Assembly (NCBI GenBank): GCA_951406725.2
Contig: OX597815.1
Span: 100,440,001-100,504,000 of the forward strand
Origin: Octopus vulgaris
Lineage: Eukaryota
Length of the DNA: 64,000 nucleotides
Reading direction: 5' to 3'
In this document: positions 24,590 to 38,775 of the stretch, one piece after another
Numbering within the stretch: position 1 is the stretch's first letter
Layout: each line of letters begins with the position of its first letter
Notes under the pieces: generated by a model
Told to the model about the DNA's origin: nothing
Databases searched by the model: none
Seen by the model: only the letters and a program-made list of their open reading frames with translations
Position numbers and translations under genes: made by a program

Positions 24590-24783
24590 TTAACCCTTTA
24601 GCATTTAAATCAGTCATATCAGGCCCTAATATGCTATCTTTTTTATGCCCAAACCAGTCTCTCATACCTTCCCTACAATGTCATACTAAAAATAATCACA
24701 ATCTTGAAGTTACAAGATTAATTCAAAACAATATAAATAAACAAGCATCATATTTGACAATAATCTGAATGCTAAACGGTTAA
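24590..24783. mobile_element. TTAA (piggyBac-type) MITE family A (other copies 26149-26373, ~34255-34460)
   Basis: TTAA-CCCTTTAGCATT...AATGCTAAACGG-TTAA. Confidence 0.8.
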
Positions 24784-25440
24784 ATGATTTATAATTTTTA
24801 ATGTGTTTTTAATATATTTTCAATGCTTTATAATTGACAAAATTCTTAAGTTTAAAAAAATCAGAATTGCCTAGAACTTATTTTTACTTATAATATATCG
24901 ATAGTCTCTACTTAATTAGTTACCAAATATCCTATATATTTCCTTTTCCAACAGTTGCAATCATCCACTTCAATATTTTGATATCAGTTCCTTTGTCCAA
25001 CACTCAAGCTATGAGCAAACCTGCTTTTCTCCATTATTTAAAACTATAAATATTGTCCCTGTGATAGGATATCATGTGGAATCCGCAAAACCAATATAGA
25101 TTCCATACACACATAAATACCAACACTGCATTGTACAGTAAAACTGATCAACTGAGTGATTAAACCATTAAATCATTTAAAACTAAGTCTTGTGATTAGC
25201 ACAAAACTCATGAATTTATGTGGCTATGTGAAGCAATCCGCTTCTATCAAGAAATTCCACTCAATGGAATGTCTGCTCTTTGGGTGTAACTTTCATGCCA
25301 TAATGCTTCAACTATTAGTCATTTTAAACTCTGAAGTCACTCCTTAGTCAAACATCATTCATTAGCAGCAGCCATTTCTGATGGCAAGAGAAATGTTGGT
25401 ATACTTTCAAACATTGTTTTGGTTTAGAAGTCAGAATTGT

Positions 25441-26482
25441 TTGTTACTAAACCAGATATCATTTCTATTGAAATGCACTGGCTTTGTCCCAGTTAATTTT
25501 GAAAATAACTAAGAATTTAGTCACATAACTTTGTCATTATTAATTTGGTATTTGGAACATAAATTAACAGGCGCAGGAGTAGCTTGCTTACCAACTACAT
25601 GGTTCCGGGTTCAGTCCCACTGCGTGGCACCTTGGGCAAGTGTCTTCTACTATAGCCTTGGACTGACCAAAGCTTTGTGAGTGGATTTGATAGACGGAAA
25701 CTGAAAGAAGCCCATAGTATATATGTATATATATATATATAATGTGTGTGTCTGTTTACATCCCCCGTAACTTAGCAGTTCGGCAAAAGTGACCAATAGA
25801 ATAAGTACTAGGCTTACAAATAATAAGTCCTGGGGTCGATTTGCTTGACTAAAGGCGTTGCTCCAGCATGGCCACAGTCACATGACTGAAACAAGTAAAA
25901 GAGTAACATGTAATTTTGATTAAAAGGTTTTAATTTGAATCACTTTAAAATGTAAATTTTATACCAGAACCAAGGCCAGTCTCAGGTAGATTGGTATCAA
26001 AAAGGTTAAAGGGGTTTTAACCCTTTTGTTACCTTTTTTTTTTTTTTTTTTTTTTTTGTAATATACACTGCTCTTGTTCTTATTACTTTTGAAAATAATG
26101 AAGAATTTAATAAAATAACTTTGTTGTTATTAAGCTGGTGTTTTCAACTTAACCCTTTGGTATTTAAACTGGCCATATCCAGGTCAAATACTCTACTTGT
26201 TTTAAGTTAAAACTGGTCATATCTGGCCTCTCACACCTACCTACCATGTCATTCTAAAAAATAAACAATCACATCATGATATCAAAGCTACAAGAAAATG
26301 CATGATTAATTCAAAACAATGTGAATAAATAAGCATTACATTTAATAGAGTAATCTGAATGCTAAAGAATTAAATATACATAAAATTCTGATGGAAGGGT
26401 TTAATTTAGATCACTTGAAAACAAGAAACTTGTATCATGGAGCTAGGTGCAGTCTTGGGTGCATTGGAATTAAAATGGTTAA
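25441..26482. mobile_element. Two tandem TTAA MITE family B copies, each carrying a nested insertion
   Basis: Copy 1 (~25441-26009) is interrupted by a tRNA-SINE with TSD TAACA. Copy 2 (26017-26482, TTAACCCTTTTG...AAAATGGTTAA) is interrupted by MITE A at a TTAA. Confidence 0.78.
25570..25903 (+). mobile_element. tRNA-derived SINE family 2 (others at ~23048-23205 +, 26640-26780 -, 39060-39160 -, 42031-42420 +, 45255-45525 -, 47615-47780 +, 52405-52540 -, 55560-55670 -)
   Basis: GGTTCAGTCCC B-box, GGCACCTTGGGCAAGTGTCTT core, internal (TA)n/(TG)n and a GAAACAAGTAAAAGA tail; TSD TAACA. Confidence 0.85.
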
Positions 26483-27279
26483 TCAATTATATGTGCTCCT
26501 GTAGTAATTAGTTTGGTGCACATTTTATCAGTCTTCTTTATCAAGTGGTTAACTTACATACCTCTTTCAGTCAAATTCCCTTTAATGACACATCTTTTAA
26601 GATATTTACAGTGTTATACACAATATAGATATTTACAATGGGCTTCCATGTAGTTTTCTGTCTACCAAGTTTTAACCCCAGGATGTTGATCAACCTGTGA
26701 TTATAGTAAAAGATGCTTACTCAAAGAACTACATAGTGGTATCAAACCAGGAATCACGTGGCTGTGAAGTGAACTTCTTCCATCCATTTTGATTTTATAC
26801 TTAATTATTATTATTATTGAGAATAATAATGTATAAAATGTAAGGCATCAGTTTCTGGTTACTAATTAGTTATTTCATGAAATTTTTTTTTAATCTCATA
26901 CTTTTTAACTTTGAGTATCCATCCTACTTGTAATTATAACAAGCAAAAAAAGGAAATTCCAAATGCTTGCTGGTCTGCCAGAAATAGCTGCTAAATCATA
27001 ATCTGCCATCTTAAAAGCAGGAACACATCAGATAATGTAGTCTTAAATACTCATAAAAAAACCAGATGGTCACTTTGATCATAGATTTGTTTCAGTATAT
27101 TTGGCCCGGGGCTAAACAACACTCCTTAAAATAATAAAGCTAGTGTAAAGGAAGGGGCTGAACTAAAGTCTGTCAAATCAGAATGACGTGAGATAATTCA
27201 ATTGAGTTTTCAAGCTGACAAGGGAGTTTCTATATGGTTGCTTGGCCTGCTGGAAATAGCAGCTAAATCTCCTTTAAAC

Positions 27280-28218
27280 ATCACTGTTTGTAAGCTTTGG
27301 ACATATAAGAGGTGTAGCAGTATCACAGGAAGGTTAACTGAGAAAATGACCTTTATGTGTGGGTACAATAAGCACTAAAAATATGCAAATAGACTCTCTC
27401 AAATGCTTGGGTGTGGGATCATTAGAAGTTGTAGATAGCTTCTGTTCCTAGGCAACTAAGTTAGCAGTAGGGGAGGAAGTTGCTAGAATAAGAACAGGCT
27501 GGGCAAAGTTCAGAGAGCTTCTACCTTTGTCGGTAACTAAGGGCCTCTGCCTCAGAGTGAAAGGCAGATTGTATGATACCTGTGTATATATAGCTGTGTT
27601 ACATGGCAGTGAAGCATGGGCTTTGACTACAGAGTATTTGTGAAGGCTTGAAAGAAATGAAGCTAGCATGCTCTGCTGGATGAGCAGTGTCAGTGTGCGC
27701 TCACAACAGCGTGTAAATGATTTAAGAGGAAGACTGGGTATAAAACGCATCAGATATTGTGTGCAAGAGAGAAGACTGCGCTGGTTTGGTCAGGTGATGC
27801 CTATGGTCAATGACAGTTGCATAAAGAAGTGCCAAGCTCTAATTGTGGAGAGTACCTGTGGAAGGGGTAGAATGAAGTGGTGAGAAAGGATTTTCAGATG
27901 CTGGGCCTCACAGAGGAAATGACAAGGGACCGGGAGTTGTGGCAATTTGCTGTACTTGAGGAGATATGTCAAGCTAAGTAAAATTGCTGTCAACCATACA
28001 TAGAGCTTCCCTTTACAGGTGTCAGTGCCACATAAAATGCACCCATGCCAGTAGCACATAAAAAGCACCCAGTACACTCTGTAAAGTAGTTGGTGTTAGG
28101 AAGGGCATCCAGCCATAGAGACATGCCACAAGAGACAGTTGGAGTCTGGCCAGATCTAAGTCAAACTGTCCAATCCATGCCAGCATGGAAAACGGATGTT
28201 TGATGATGATGATGATAC
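27280..28218 (+). mobile_element. Decayed RTE 3' fragment (same family, includes part of the PHD finger)
   Basis: CKLWTYKRCS, LEVVDSF, WAKFRELLP, RRLRWFG and LGLTEEMTRDRELW; shared 3'UTR and GAT tail. Confidence 0.88.
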
Positions 28219-31200
28219 ATTATTGGATAATGTAATCCCCAAATGCACTGTATTTGAAAATCAAACAAAAAATAAGCTGATCAAAACTGGAATGTTTTTT
28301 GATGATAGGCATTCCAGCCAATATAGTTATACTTAACCATTTCATTATGATGACTTATTAACACATTTCCTTCAATAATGTCAGATTTTTAAACAACAGC
28401 AGTAATACATTGCTCTCTGTATTTGAAATTTTATTGGTGATAAAAGAATTCAGTTCATTTAGAAGAGTTGTTATTTATTTGAATACAGCATAAACACTGC
28501 TCTTATCAAGAATACAGCTTTGCATCTCGCCCCATGAGGAGCACATAACTACAGCCCTTGCAAAGACAATAAACGTTAAGCTCAGTATCACTGACAATCT
28601 CTTCTGGTGAACAAGCATCCCTAATATAGCTAAGATTGTAACCTAGCCTTTCATCATCATCATCGTTGTTAAACGTCCATCTTCCATGCATTCATGGATA
28701 GGACAGTTGACAAGACCCGGCCATGTAGAAAATTAACCCAAGGCTACTGTATCTGTTTTGGCAAGGATTTTATGGCTGAACGCCCTTCCTGACACCGACC
28801 ACTCCACAGAGTAGACTCAGTGCTTTTTTACATGGGACTAGCACAGGCAAAATTAGTTTGGGCAAGATTTTTACAGCTAGATGCCCTTTCAGATGCCAAC
28901 CACATTACAGTGTGGACTGGATTCTTTGAACATGGCATCAGCAGTGGCTGGGTAGCCAGGTAATTCACAAGACAAGGAATTGTGAGACAAGCAAGACACT
29001 TGTGTCAGAGGATGAAAGTTAGTGTGATAAAGAGACAAACACAGAAGTAGGTGTCTTGCCACAACAGAGGGGGCATTTTCTCTTTAGAAAATTACTGGTC
29101 TTTTACAAGGTTCAAATAAACTTCCTACTTCTGGAATGGTGCTGCTTCTATGCACAGACATCTTACAGTGCATCCAGGGAACAGTTACTGATTTGCATAA
29201 AATCACTCACAGATCCTCTCTCTGCTTATTGGAGCCAACTGTGTTGTACCACCTACACTCAGTTATTTTCAGCCTCACTCATCTTGACTTGTCACCTATG
29301 TTGTGTACAACCTCTCCCCAGGTCTAGCACTATCCACCCCATCCAATCCTTTCTCCTCAAAATGTAAAAATTTTCTGGCGTTCCCTCCTAGCAATTGTCT
29401 TTTCTGCATATGTTGACTTGCAACAGTTTCATAGGAACATTTTACTACTGAATCAATCTTGCCAATCTGTGTGTACACGTGTGTGTGTGCATGCACATGC
29501 ACACACACTCACACATACACACACTTGAAATGTTCCTAATCAGTCAGTGACCAAATTCTCCTTGTGTGTTCTTATTTATCCCAGGTAGTCTTGATCATAT
29601 CAAGCAGGCCCACAAAGGTGCTACAGCTGTGATAATCCCGGCTGATGAGTGATTTTTTTTTCTGGTTTTGCTTCTATTTAAAACAGTTTGATATGAGGGT
29701 GATTTAGCAACTATTTCTATCAGGTCAAATGACCATGTAAAGGCTCTCTTTTAGCCATAACTTAATTATACAAAACTGAGATGAATATCACGAAGGAAAG
29801 GATAAATAATCCAATGTTTTTCTCCTCCTCCTCCCTCCTTCCACATTGTTGCAACCAAATCATGTCTCATCAAATAAGATATTCACTGAGTTGTTGCTGT
29901 TGATAATGAATTGAATATTGGATGGACTCTAACACATGAATCATCATACATAAACCATTATCAACCAGCAGGGTTTTACAATATGATATAGTGTCAGCAC
30001 TTTCTGTTTCTTCTTCAGGTCCAGAAGTTGAAGTCAGAACTGCAAGATAATGACTCACTGTTAATTATACAGCGTTGTTGTTGCTTTCCCCGTGCACAAT
30101 TTATCTAGGACTATATCATCCAATGGTTTTTTTTAAGGTAGTTGGTGTGATTTGAGAGAAATTTGTTTGCTATTTCTAGCAGATCAAGTGATGACATTTT
30201 GGCTCCCTTATTCACTCATAATTACTTGATTGTTGTTATTAACCCCAGGTCAACTGGGGATTGAGTAAACCTGTCACCAAAGACATTCCAGTCAGTACCT
30301 TCTCTTTCACATTAGATATAGTTTAGAAATACAATTACCGATGATGATAATGTGGTTTGAGGGATATTTGGCTGCTATTTCAAGCAAGTAAAACAACTAA
30401 GTAATGACTCTTTGGGTTATAATAGTCTGAACCAACTAGAGTGAAGTGTCTTGGCCATTTGACAAAACATGACACCAGTAACAGAATACAAGTGCTATCA
30501 CATTTTAGTTACTGCAATGTTGTTACTGATTAGCCCAGAGTACTCCTCATTGACCAAACCAATAATCAAAGCATTCCAGCTGTGACCACTCCATTGAAGT
30601 GAGATATGACAGCTATTTGTTACAGATCAAACAACCTCATTGTGGCTTAGGTGTGTGAAAATTTACACTTAAATCTTTTCAATCATGTATGCCAGTTTCA
30701 CAGAATGAAATGCATATTTGTCTGCGTAATGTTTCTTTTAAAGCCAGATATATTTCTGGATATAACTTGCTATGATGTTAGTGGTTTCCTGTTACATCCT
30801 CTAGTACCACATAAAAAGCACTGGTGCTAGTGCCATGTAAAAAGCACCCAGTACACTCTGTAAAGTGGTTGGCATTAGGAAGGGCACCTAGCTGTAGAAA
30901 CCAAGCCAAACCAGACAATGGAACCTGGTGTAGCCTCTGGTTTTACCAGCTCCAGTCAAGCCATCCAACCTATGCCAGCATGAAACAGACATTAAATAAT
31001 GATGATGATGAATTAAATGAAAAACTTTTAATTTTTAATTGAAATAAGAATTGTTTTCTTGTTAGGTTAGCTCTGTGATCAAAAATATTCCCAATATGTT
31101 CTTATTGAAATATTTTCTCCTTTTTAAAACGGTAGTGAGATTTGAAGGAGATTTGGCTACCATTCCTAGCAGAATGTTTGACCACAAAGAGAATAAATGA

Positions 31201-32089
31201 AGTGATATTCATCCCATTACCAAGAGCTTTTGTTAGCAACATAAGTAATTTAGCTAGCTAACTTCAGCAGCCAGGTAGTTCACAGGTAATTAAAACTAGG
31301 TTGCAGACAGGTCTGGGGAGAGAGAGAGAGCTAGTCTGTAGTGTATGCTCCCTATAGAGGATGTTAGATTCCTTAAATGTCTGATAATCTGTTTCACTAA
31401 CACAACTGTCAAGCAGATGTTCACTGAGCTAACTTATTTACTTTCACAATATGAATGTTGGCAGATCTATCTGCTTTCACTTGCCACAATTAGGTATATC
31501 TCAACTACACATGTTAATAGGAGTAGAAATATTGCTGAGAAAATTGCACCTCTATATGTGTTAAATTTTGCATTCATTATACATTATTGATTTGTGTCTT
31601 AATTTCAAACCCATAACAGATTACATTACAAAAATATACTCAGAAGTTCATATTTTCAGAAATAAACATAAATACTCAAAATGTACTATAGATACATAGA
31701 TATTGACACACATGTGACATGTGTACATGCATGTGTGTAGATGTATATTTTCGTGCATTTGTGAATATGTGTGTGTGTGATCATCATTTAACATCTGTTG
31801 TCCATCTATTTATGTATATAACATGGGAAAATTCTCCAGGGATGCCATCTTTCTACACAGAGAAAATGTTAAGTGGAACTACAATATTCACTGTAATGGC
31901 CCAAATATTATTTTTGTCTGTTAAAACAACAATCCTAACAAAATGCAAAATTATTAGTCATCATCATCATCAGACAAGGAGAACCTTCTGAAATTCAAAT
32001 TGATTGAGGATGCACAGTGGCAAGTGAGCCTGATCTTTAGTATACATGGAAGCTACTTTGAGCATGTTTCAGTGTGTTTGTGTGCATAT

Positions 32090-32380
32090 GATACATGGGC
32101 TACTATAAAGAGGGAAGAACATTGATTGGCTATGACACAAAGGGCCATAGAAAGATTCATGTTTGGAATATTAGTGTAAGAGTATGTCTGAAATGAGGTA
32201 ATTCAAGAATAGAGCAGAGTGAACATGTCACATGCCAAGTAGTATCCAAGAGATGAGAAAAGGCCACTCAGAACAATGGAAAGATGATTTTGTTAAATGA
32301 TTTGGGCCAATATGGAAAAGAAGAGTACACTCATGAAAGAACTAGAAGCACATTGTGACCAGTGGTGTATAACAACATCC
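32090..32380 (+). mobile_element. Very old fragment of a different RTE-type LINE
   Basis: TWAT..LAMTQRAIERFMFGI...NEVIQ resembles the RTE post-RT domain; many stops. Confidence 0.45.
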
Positions 32381-32994
32381 TATAGTTTGGTCAATAGCCT
32401 AAATATACACACACAGCTAAGGCTTCTGTCTGTTACCACTAACTTTTAGGTTCCCATTGTATAATAATTATGGGTCATGTTAAACAAAGGAAATTTGAAA
32501 CTAGCTTTAAATAAATATATGAACTCTATATAATGTTTTTTGTTTCCTTTTCATTAAAATGTGTGTGTGTGTGTATATGCATGTAATCACATTTTGCCAC
32601 CAAATATTTAGCACTGTCATACAATAATTTATATTATAAAATAAGCTATTGTAAATTAAGGTTAAATACTTTCTTTTAAAAAATCAATCATAACATAAGT
32701 GTGGATTTCTCTGCTTGCTCTTTCTACCATTATTGAATAAAGTTGACCTAGAGAAGAGCTGTGCAAGGATAGATAATGGGGTATTAAAATGATTCTAGAA
32801 ATTAGGAGTTAGATTTTTGAACTTATAAGTTCAACCAAACATTTTTTTTTTTTCTGGAAATATACAGAATAGATATAAATCATTTGTTTGTGAAGGCAAT
32901 CAAGCTAACCAATTTTAAAAAGGTTTTTTTCCCTTTAATCAAGAAAATATACAGAAATATTTTCTGTACTTTTGATAAGTTTTTAATGCGATAT

Positions 32995-34126
32995 TTAACC
33001 CTTTACCTGGTCAAAGCATTTCCACATATTTAAATATCCATGCCTGTTTCGACTTTTAATTAGCCCTTCTTTCATATGTTGTAAGTAATACAAAACTTTC
33101 CTTTCATAAGACCCAAAGTATTCTGATGATTGAAAAAAGATTGGTAATGTGTACCAACATGGGCCATGACTGCTGAGGACATACATAAGCTTGCAAGGAA
33201 TGAAGCCAGTATGCTCAGCTGGATGTGTAGTGTCAGTGTGCATGCACAACAGAGTGTAAGCGCCCTGAGAGATAAGTTGAATTTAAGAGACATCAGATGT
33301 GGTGTGCAAGAGAGATGACTGCACTGGTATGGTCATGTGTTGCGAGTGGATGAGGACAGCTGTGTAAAAAAGTGTCACACTCTAGCAGTAGAGGGAACCT
33401 GTGGAAGAGGTAGACCCAGGAAGACCTGGGATGAGGTGGTAAAGCACAACCTTTGATCATTAGGCCTCACCAAGGCAATGACAAGTGACTGAGACTTTTG
33501 GAGATATGCTGTGCTTGAGAAGACCCAGCAAGCCAAGTGAGACCATAACCGTGGCCTATGCCAGTGCAGCATAACCAGCCCATTTAAGAGTACCCTTCAA
33601 TCATTGGGTAATAAACTGCACTTGCGAAGACCTGTTAAGCCAAGTGAAATCATTGTCGTGGCCAATGACTGTACTGCCTGATTGGCACGTTAAAAGCACT
33701 ATTCGAGCGTGATCATTGCCAGTGTCGCCTGACTGGCTCCTCTGCTGGTGGCATGTAAAAAACACCATTCGAGCATGGTCATTGCCAGTGCTGCCTGACT
33801 GGCTCCTGTGCCTGTGGCATGTAAAAAGCACCATTTGAGTGTGGTCGATGCCAGTACTGCCTGACTGGCCCTTGTGCCAGTGGCATGTAAAAAGCACCCA
33901 CTAAACTCTCAGAGTGGTTGGCGTTAGGAAGGTCATCCACCTGTAGAAACTCTGCCAGATCAGATTGGAGCCTGGTGCTGCCTTCTGGCTCGCCATCCCT
34001 CTGTCAAACCATCCAACCCATGCCAGCATGGAAAGTGGACGTTAAATGATGATATGATGATATGATGCATGGACACCTGGGAAAATGTCCTGTGTATCAT
34101 GATACTTAGGACAAGGAAAGGGTTAA
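32995..34126. mobile_element. TTAA MITE split by an RTE insertion
   Basis: TTAACCCTTTACCTGGTC ... GACAAGGAAAGGGTTAA; CATGG on both sides of the RTE. Confidence 0.7.
33158..34066 (+). mobile_element. RTE 3' fragment with tandem 3'UTR units, inserted in a TTAA MITE
   Basis: High similarity to the reverse complement of 39171-40110; GATGATATGAT tail. Confidence 0.9.
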
Positions 34127-37032
34127 TGTTCATTTGTTTTTTAATATATCAGTTGGGACATATTTACTTCATTTTGGATGTTGTTTAACCTCAGGTGAAT
34201 TATGTTCCAACATTTTAGATGATATGTAGGACTGCAGTATTTTCTTTTCCTATTTAATCCTTTACCATTTAAAGCAGCCATATTCAATCCAAATAGTCTT
34301 CCTGTTTTATATTCAAACATAATACAAGTAGATTTGGCCTCTCACGCCTACCTTACAATGTCCTTTTGAAAGTAAATATAAGCACATCATTGAAATCTTA
34401 AAGCTACAAGATAATGAATGTTTAATTCAAAGCAATGTGAATAAATAAGCAATATATTTTCAGAATGATAGCAGATCAAGTGGTTTCCTTCTTCTAAAGT
34501 AGGTTTGGAAGTTTGTTGTTTAGCTCCAGGTCAATCCTGGTCAAAGTGACTTATGATTATATACATTCCAGCATGATCTTGCTGACTTTTGTAATAATGG
34601 TGAGCTGCATTGTAAAATTAGCTGTTGCTATTTAACCCTAGGTCAGCCATGGGTGAGCAGACCTATAATCAAATGTCTTCTAGCTGAACCATAGTATCTT
34701 TTGTAAAAACAGTAGACAAAGCGTTATTTAATTAGTCAAATTAGTTGTTGTTATTTGACCACATGTCATCTCTGGTCAAGCAGAAGAATGATCAAATGCA
34801 TTCTAGTGTGACCATGTTGTCTATTATTTTTAAGACTGCATCTAAAACTACATTTACGATCTCTCTCTCTCTCTTTTCTTCAAGATAGGAAAGTGTGATT
34901 TGAGGGGTGGTTTGGCTGTTAGTTCTAGCATGTCAAGAGACAGTGTAGAGATATGCTTGTTGGCTTATCCTGAGATTAATTAAATAGTTCACTGAATAAT
35001 TGAAATAAACCAATGAATTTATAAAACAAATATATATTTAAAAGTTGGTAGTGTCTGATGCAGTGATATATTTATATAAACATTTTATGTAAGGAAAAAC
35101 ATGACTTTCATTAGGATTATATTTATATATTTTATATCTTAAACTGCCAAATAATATCTGTCAATAAGGCTGATTAGGAACCAGCTGAAAAGAATAGCAG
35201 CCAAAGTTGTCCGGTTTATGAATTTAGTCATCTATTTAAAGATATGAAATGATCTATAATTGGTATTAAAGTAAGTAATGCTTATAATTAATTAAACTAA
35301 ATTAGCTTTTCAAAAACAACTTATACCATTCACCTGTTCTTTTTCTTATTTTAACCCACTCTCCAACACACTAACACATTTGGATTAATCCTGGACAGCT
35401 ATTCTGTCTTGATACAAATTTCACCCATAAGAGTACAAAGTAGTCTGGCTGCTTTTATAGACTGTGCTACAAAAAAAAAATCTATAGATATATTCTGTAG
35501 TATAGCATAGCATTGAAACAAAACACTGTTAACGCACCAGTAATTCATTAATTGGACTGCCTGCTTTGTCTTCATTCTATCTCTCTCACTCTCATACATA
35601 CATGCTTGTCTTCATTCTATCTCTCTCACTCTTGTACATACACACACATATATATATTCATTGCAAATGTGTGTTTAATTTCTCTACCTCCATACAGCTA
35701 GCTTAGATGGTATTATGCTGTAATTCTGCTCAAGTGTTGGTGTATACTTAATAGTAAACCTGATTAATGTTCTTAATAGATTACTTGACTGAATACTTAA
35801 ATAATCAGAGCTTATATATATATATATACACACACACACATACAATATATTCATGCATATATTGTGTGCCTGGTAGACTTAATGATGACTTGGTTTAACT
35901 ACTACTACTTCTACCTGACCCTTATGTACTTTTAACAGAGACCACTCTGTAGCAAGCCTTCAGGTTAGGTCTTGAGTTTAAGGACAAATTCCTGCTTTCC
36001 TCTAACCTGTCTTAGAAGTCTGGTAAAAGGTCATCCCATGATTAAGTCATAAAGAAAATCATAAACACACATACATTTTTTGCCACTATCTTTTATATTA
36101 TTCAACAATCATAAACCCTCTTCAACAAAGCAATTACGATTATTAGGATTTTCCTATTGATATTTATGTAAGACCATATTAGTCCAGCTATTAGTCCATT
36201 AGTACACTAACAGCCAATTTCTGCTGTTATGCTTGCTTTCAGGGATTTTTGTGAAAGGGAAGATATTTTGCTTTACATCAATATATCTTATAGAAAGTTA
36301 TTGTGGAAATCTTATCGATACATATTGGATTCACATGTATACATATGTATATTGTGAGTTTTTTATCTTAATGTTTTATATATTATCGTCGTCCTCCTCA
36401 TCATCATCATCGTTTAACATCCACCTTCCATGCTGGCATGGGTGGGATGGTTTGACAAGAGCCAGCCAGACAGAAGGCTGCACCAGACTTCTTTAACAGT
36501 TTTGGCAGGATTTTTACAGCTGAATGTTCTTCCTAGCACCAACCACTCAGCAGAGTGGACTCAGTGCTTTTTATGTGGCACAAGCACAAGCAAGGTTTTT
36601 ACAGCTGGATGCCCTTCCAAATGCCAACCACTTTACAGTGTGGACTGCATGCTTTTGACACCTGCACAGACTGGGTCACCAAGTACTTGCAAGACAAAAA
36701 ATATTTCTTTTGAGAGGGGAGTACTGGAGGAGGGGATTTTGTATCGGTTGATGAAAGGTTATAGTGAGACAGTCAGTAACAGGTGTCTTGCTGTAGAGGA
36801 GGTATAATGCTACCTGGCCGGAGAAAGAAAGAGAGAGATCAGGAATGAAAACAGAAGCAGGTGTGTTGCCACAAAGGAAATACATGGTTACCCAACCAGA
36901 GGGAAGTGCAGGAGAAGGTGAGAGACACCAGGTTGGAGATGGTGGTAAAGTGCTGGGCATGGGGGTCAAAATAAAAATGCGATGGTTGAGTAAAGGAAGA
37001 GGGAGAGATAGATGGTGGCAAGTGCCAGGGCG

Positions 37033-37063
<31 letters not shown>

Positions 37064-37066
37064 ATA

Positions 37067-37273
37067 CCGGAGTAAACACATAAATGTGAAACAAGGTGGA
37101 AAAAAGAGTACTCAAATACCAGTGGTAGAGTAATATGCTTTATTTAAAGCAGCAGAAAATTCAACAAAACCTGTTACTCTGAGTTTCCCGTTGCTCTTCA
37201 TCGGACAGTTTTTCTAGCAAAAACTGTCCGATGAACGGTTTTGTTGAATTTTCTGCTGCTGCTTTAAATAAAG
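37067..37273. mobile_element. Penelope-like element remnant with an inverted (foldback) terminal repeat, inserted in (TA)n
   Basis: Arms 37138-37213 and 37219-37273 are reverse complements apart from a ~25-nt deletion in the right arm; carries a minimal hammerhead. Confidence 0.7.
37171..37208 (-). ncRNA. Minimal type I hammerhead ribozyme (stem II degenerate)
   Basis: Minus strand CUGU-CCGAUGA-AGAGCAACGG-GAAA-CUCAGAG-UA-ACAG: stem I CUGU/ACAG, core C(C)GAUGA and GAAA, palindromic stem III, GUA cleavage triplet. Confidence 0.7.
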
Positions 37274-37432
37274 TATATATATATATATGAGGAAAAAATT
37301 ATCAACCACATATATGTGAAGTGTATATGGTTGATAAAGTTTATTACACTAGTGCTGCTTCTACTTCATATTTGAATATATGTATGTTTGTATATGTGTG
37401 TGTATATATATGTATATATATATATAGGTATA

Positions 37433-37468
<36 letters not shown>

Positions 37469-38680
37469 CGTGTGTGTGTGTATGTATGTATATTTGGGTA
37501 AGCCTTTCATGGACAAATAGATTTTTAACATAATTCTTTGGTAGAATCAATGTCATACAGTGTGTAGCAAGGCATCAAATACATGTCTAAAATATGAATC
37601 TGATCCAAGGGATATCTGCACATATCTCAAGTTGAGTACATAAAGATTAAGACTAAGCTTGTGCCCTTGTCTGCAAGCTGATTTGGTTACTTAGCAATGG
37701 GTCATAAGGAGTGTAGATATGACTCCTATGCACAATCCAGTGATTGAACTATCCTATGCATTAAATGCATGTTGGTTAGATACAGATGGTTTCTCTTAGG
37801 TGTAGCCATTTCACTGCTTGTTGAACCTTTCACCTTTATACTAACTAAGGTTTGTTTATTATATTTATTATTAGTATTAGTATGTTTTATTATATTTGTT
37901 ATATTTAAATTTTATCAAAATAATTCTTTGATAATATGTTTAAATGTCTGTTAATTTTAGATAAAAAATATTTATTAGTTTGTTGTATAGTATTTTAGAC
38001 AATTGAGTAAATACCAGGACAAATCTTATAGAGGAGACACATTCATAGTTTTAGAAGCTGTGTAGTGACTTCCTTGTACCCTATACATGCTGTAAAGTGG
38101 TTGGCATTAGAAAAGACATCTAGCCATAGAAACCATTCTAAATGAGACAACAGAGCACGATGCAGTCCCGGGACCCATCAGATGCTGTCAAATCATCCAA
38201 CCCGTACCAGCATGGAACAAAGATGGTAAATGATGGTGATAATTTTGTGTGTGTGCACTCATGCTCCATATAATATAAATGATTTGTGTGTGTATTGATT
38301 TTCATCTTTCTATTGTGAATGTTTACTTGAAGCTACTAGACTTTCTATCGTATTATCAATAATTGGTAACGAGTAAGTTAGGTTTTTGTTGGGGAATGTT
38401 GGATAGTTTTCTGACATATATATGCAGAGCATTTCCCTCTATATCTCTTTCTTTCTTTCCCCTCTGTATTTCACTCCTTGTTTTTTCTTCTTTTTTTTTT
38501 TTTACTCTTTCTCTCTATTCCTCTCTCTCTCTCATTCTCACTCTTCCTGTCACTATCTAGTATATATTTTTTTTTTATGAAGACTTGCTCATCATTACTC
38601 TTTCACTTCTGCATTGTATTGAAAGTTTTTACAAGCAAATTGCCCTGGGAGACAAAATAATAGCTATCAAACAGGAATAA

Positions 38681-38775
38681 TATCTATCAAATAATAATAG
38701 TTAGTAGGCAACATTAATAAGCTATCAAACAACATTATCAGCTATCAAACAGCATTAACAGTGATCAGACTAATA
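38681..38775 (+). repeat. Degenerate ~20-bp tandem repeat (AGCTATCAAACA core)
   Basis: Four to five imperfect units visible. Confidence 0.7.
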
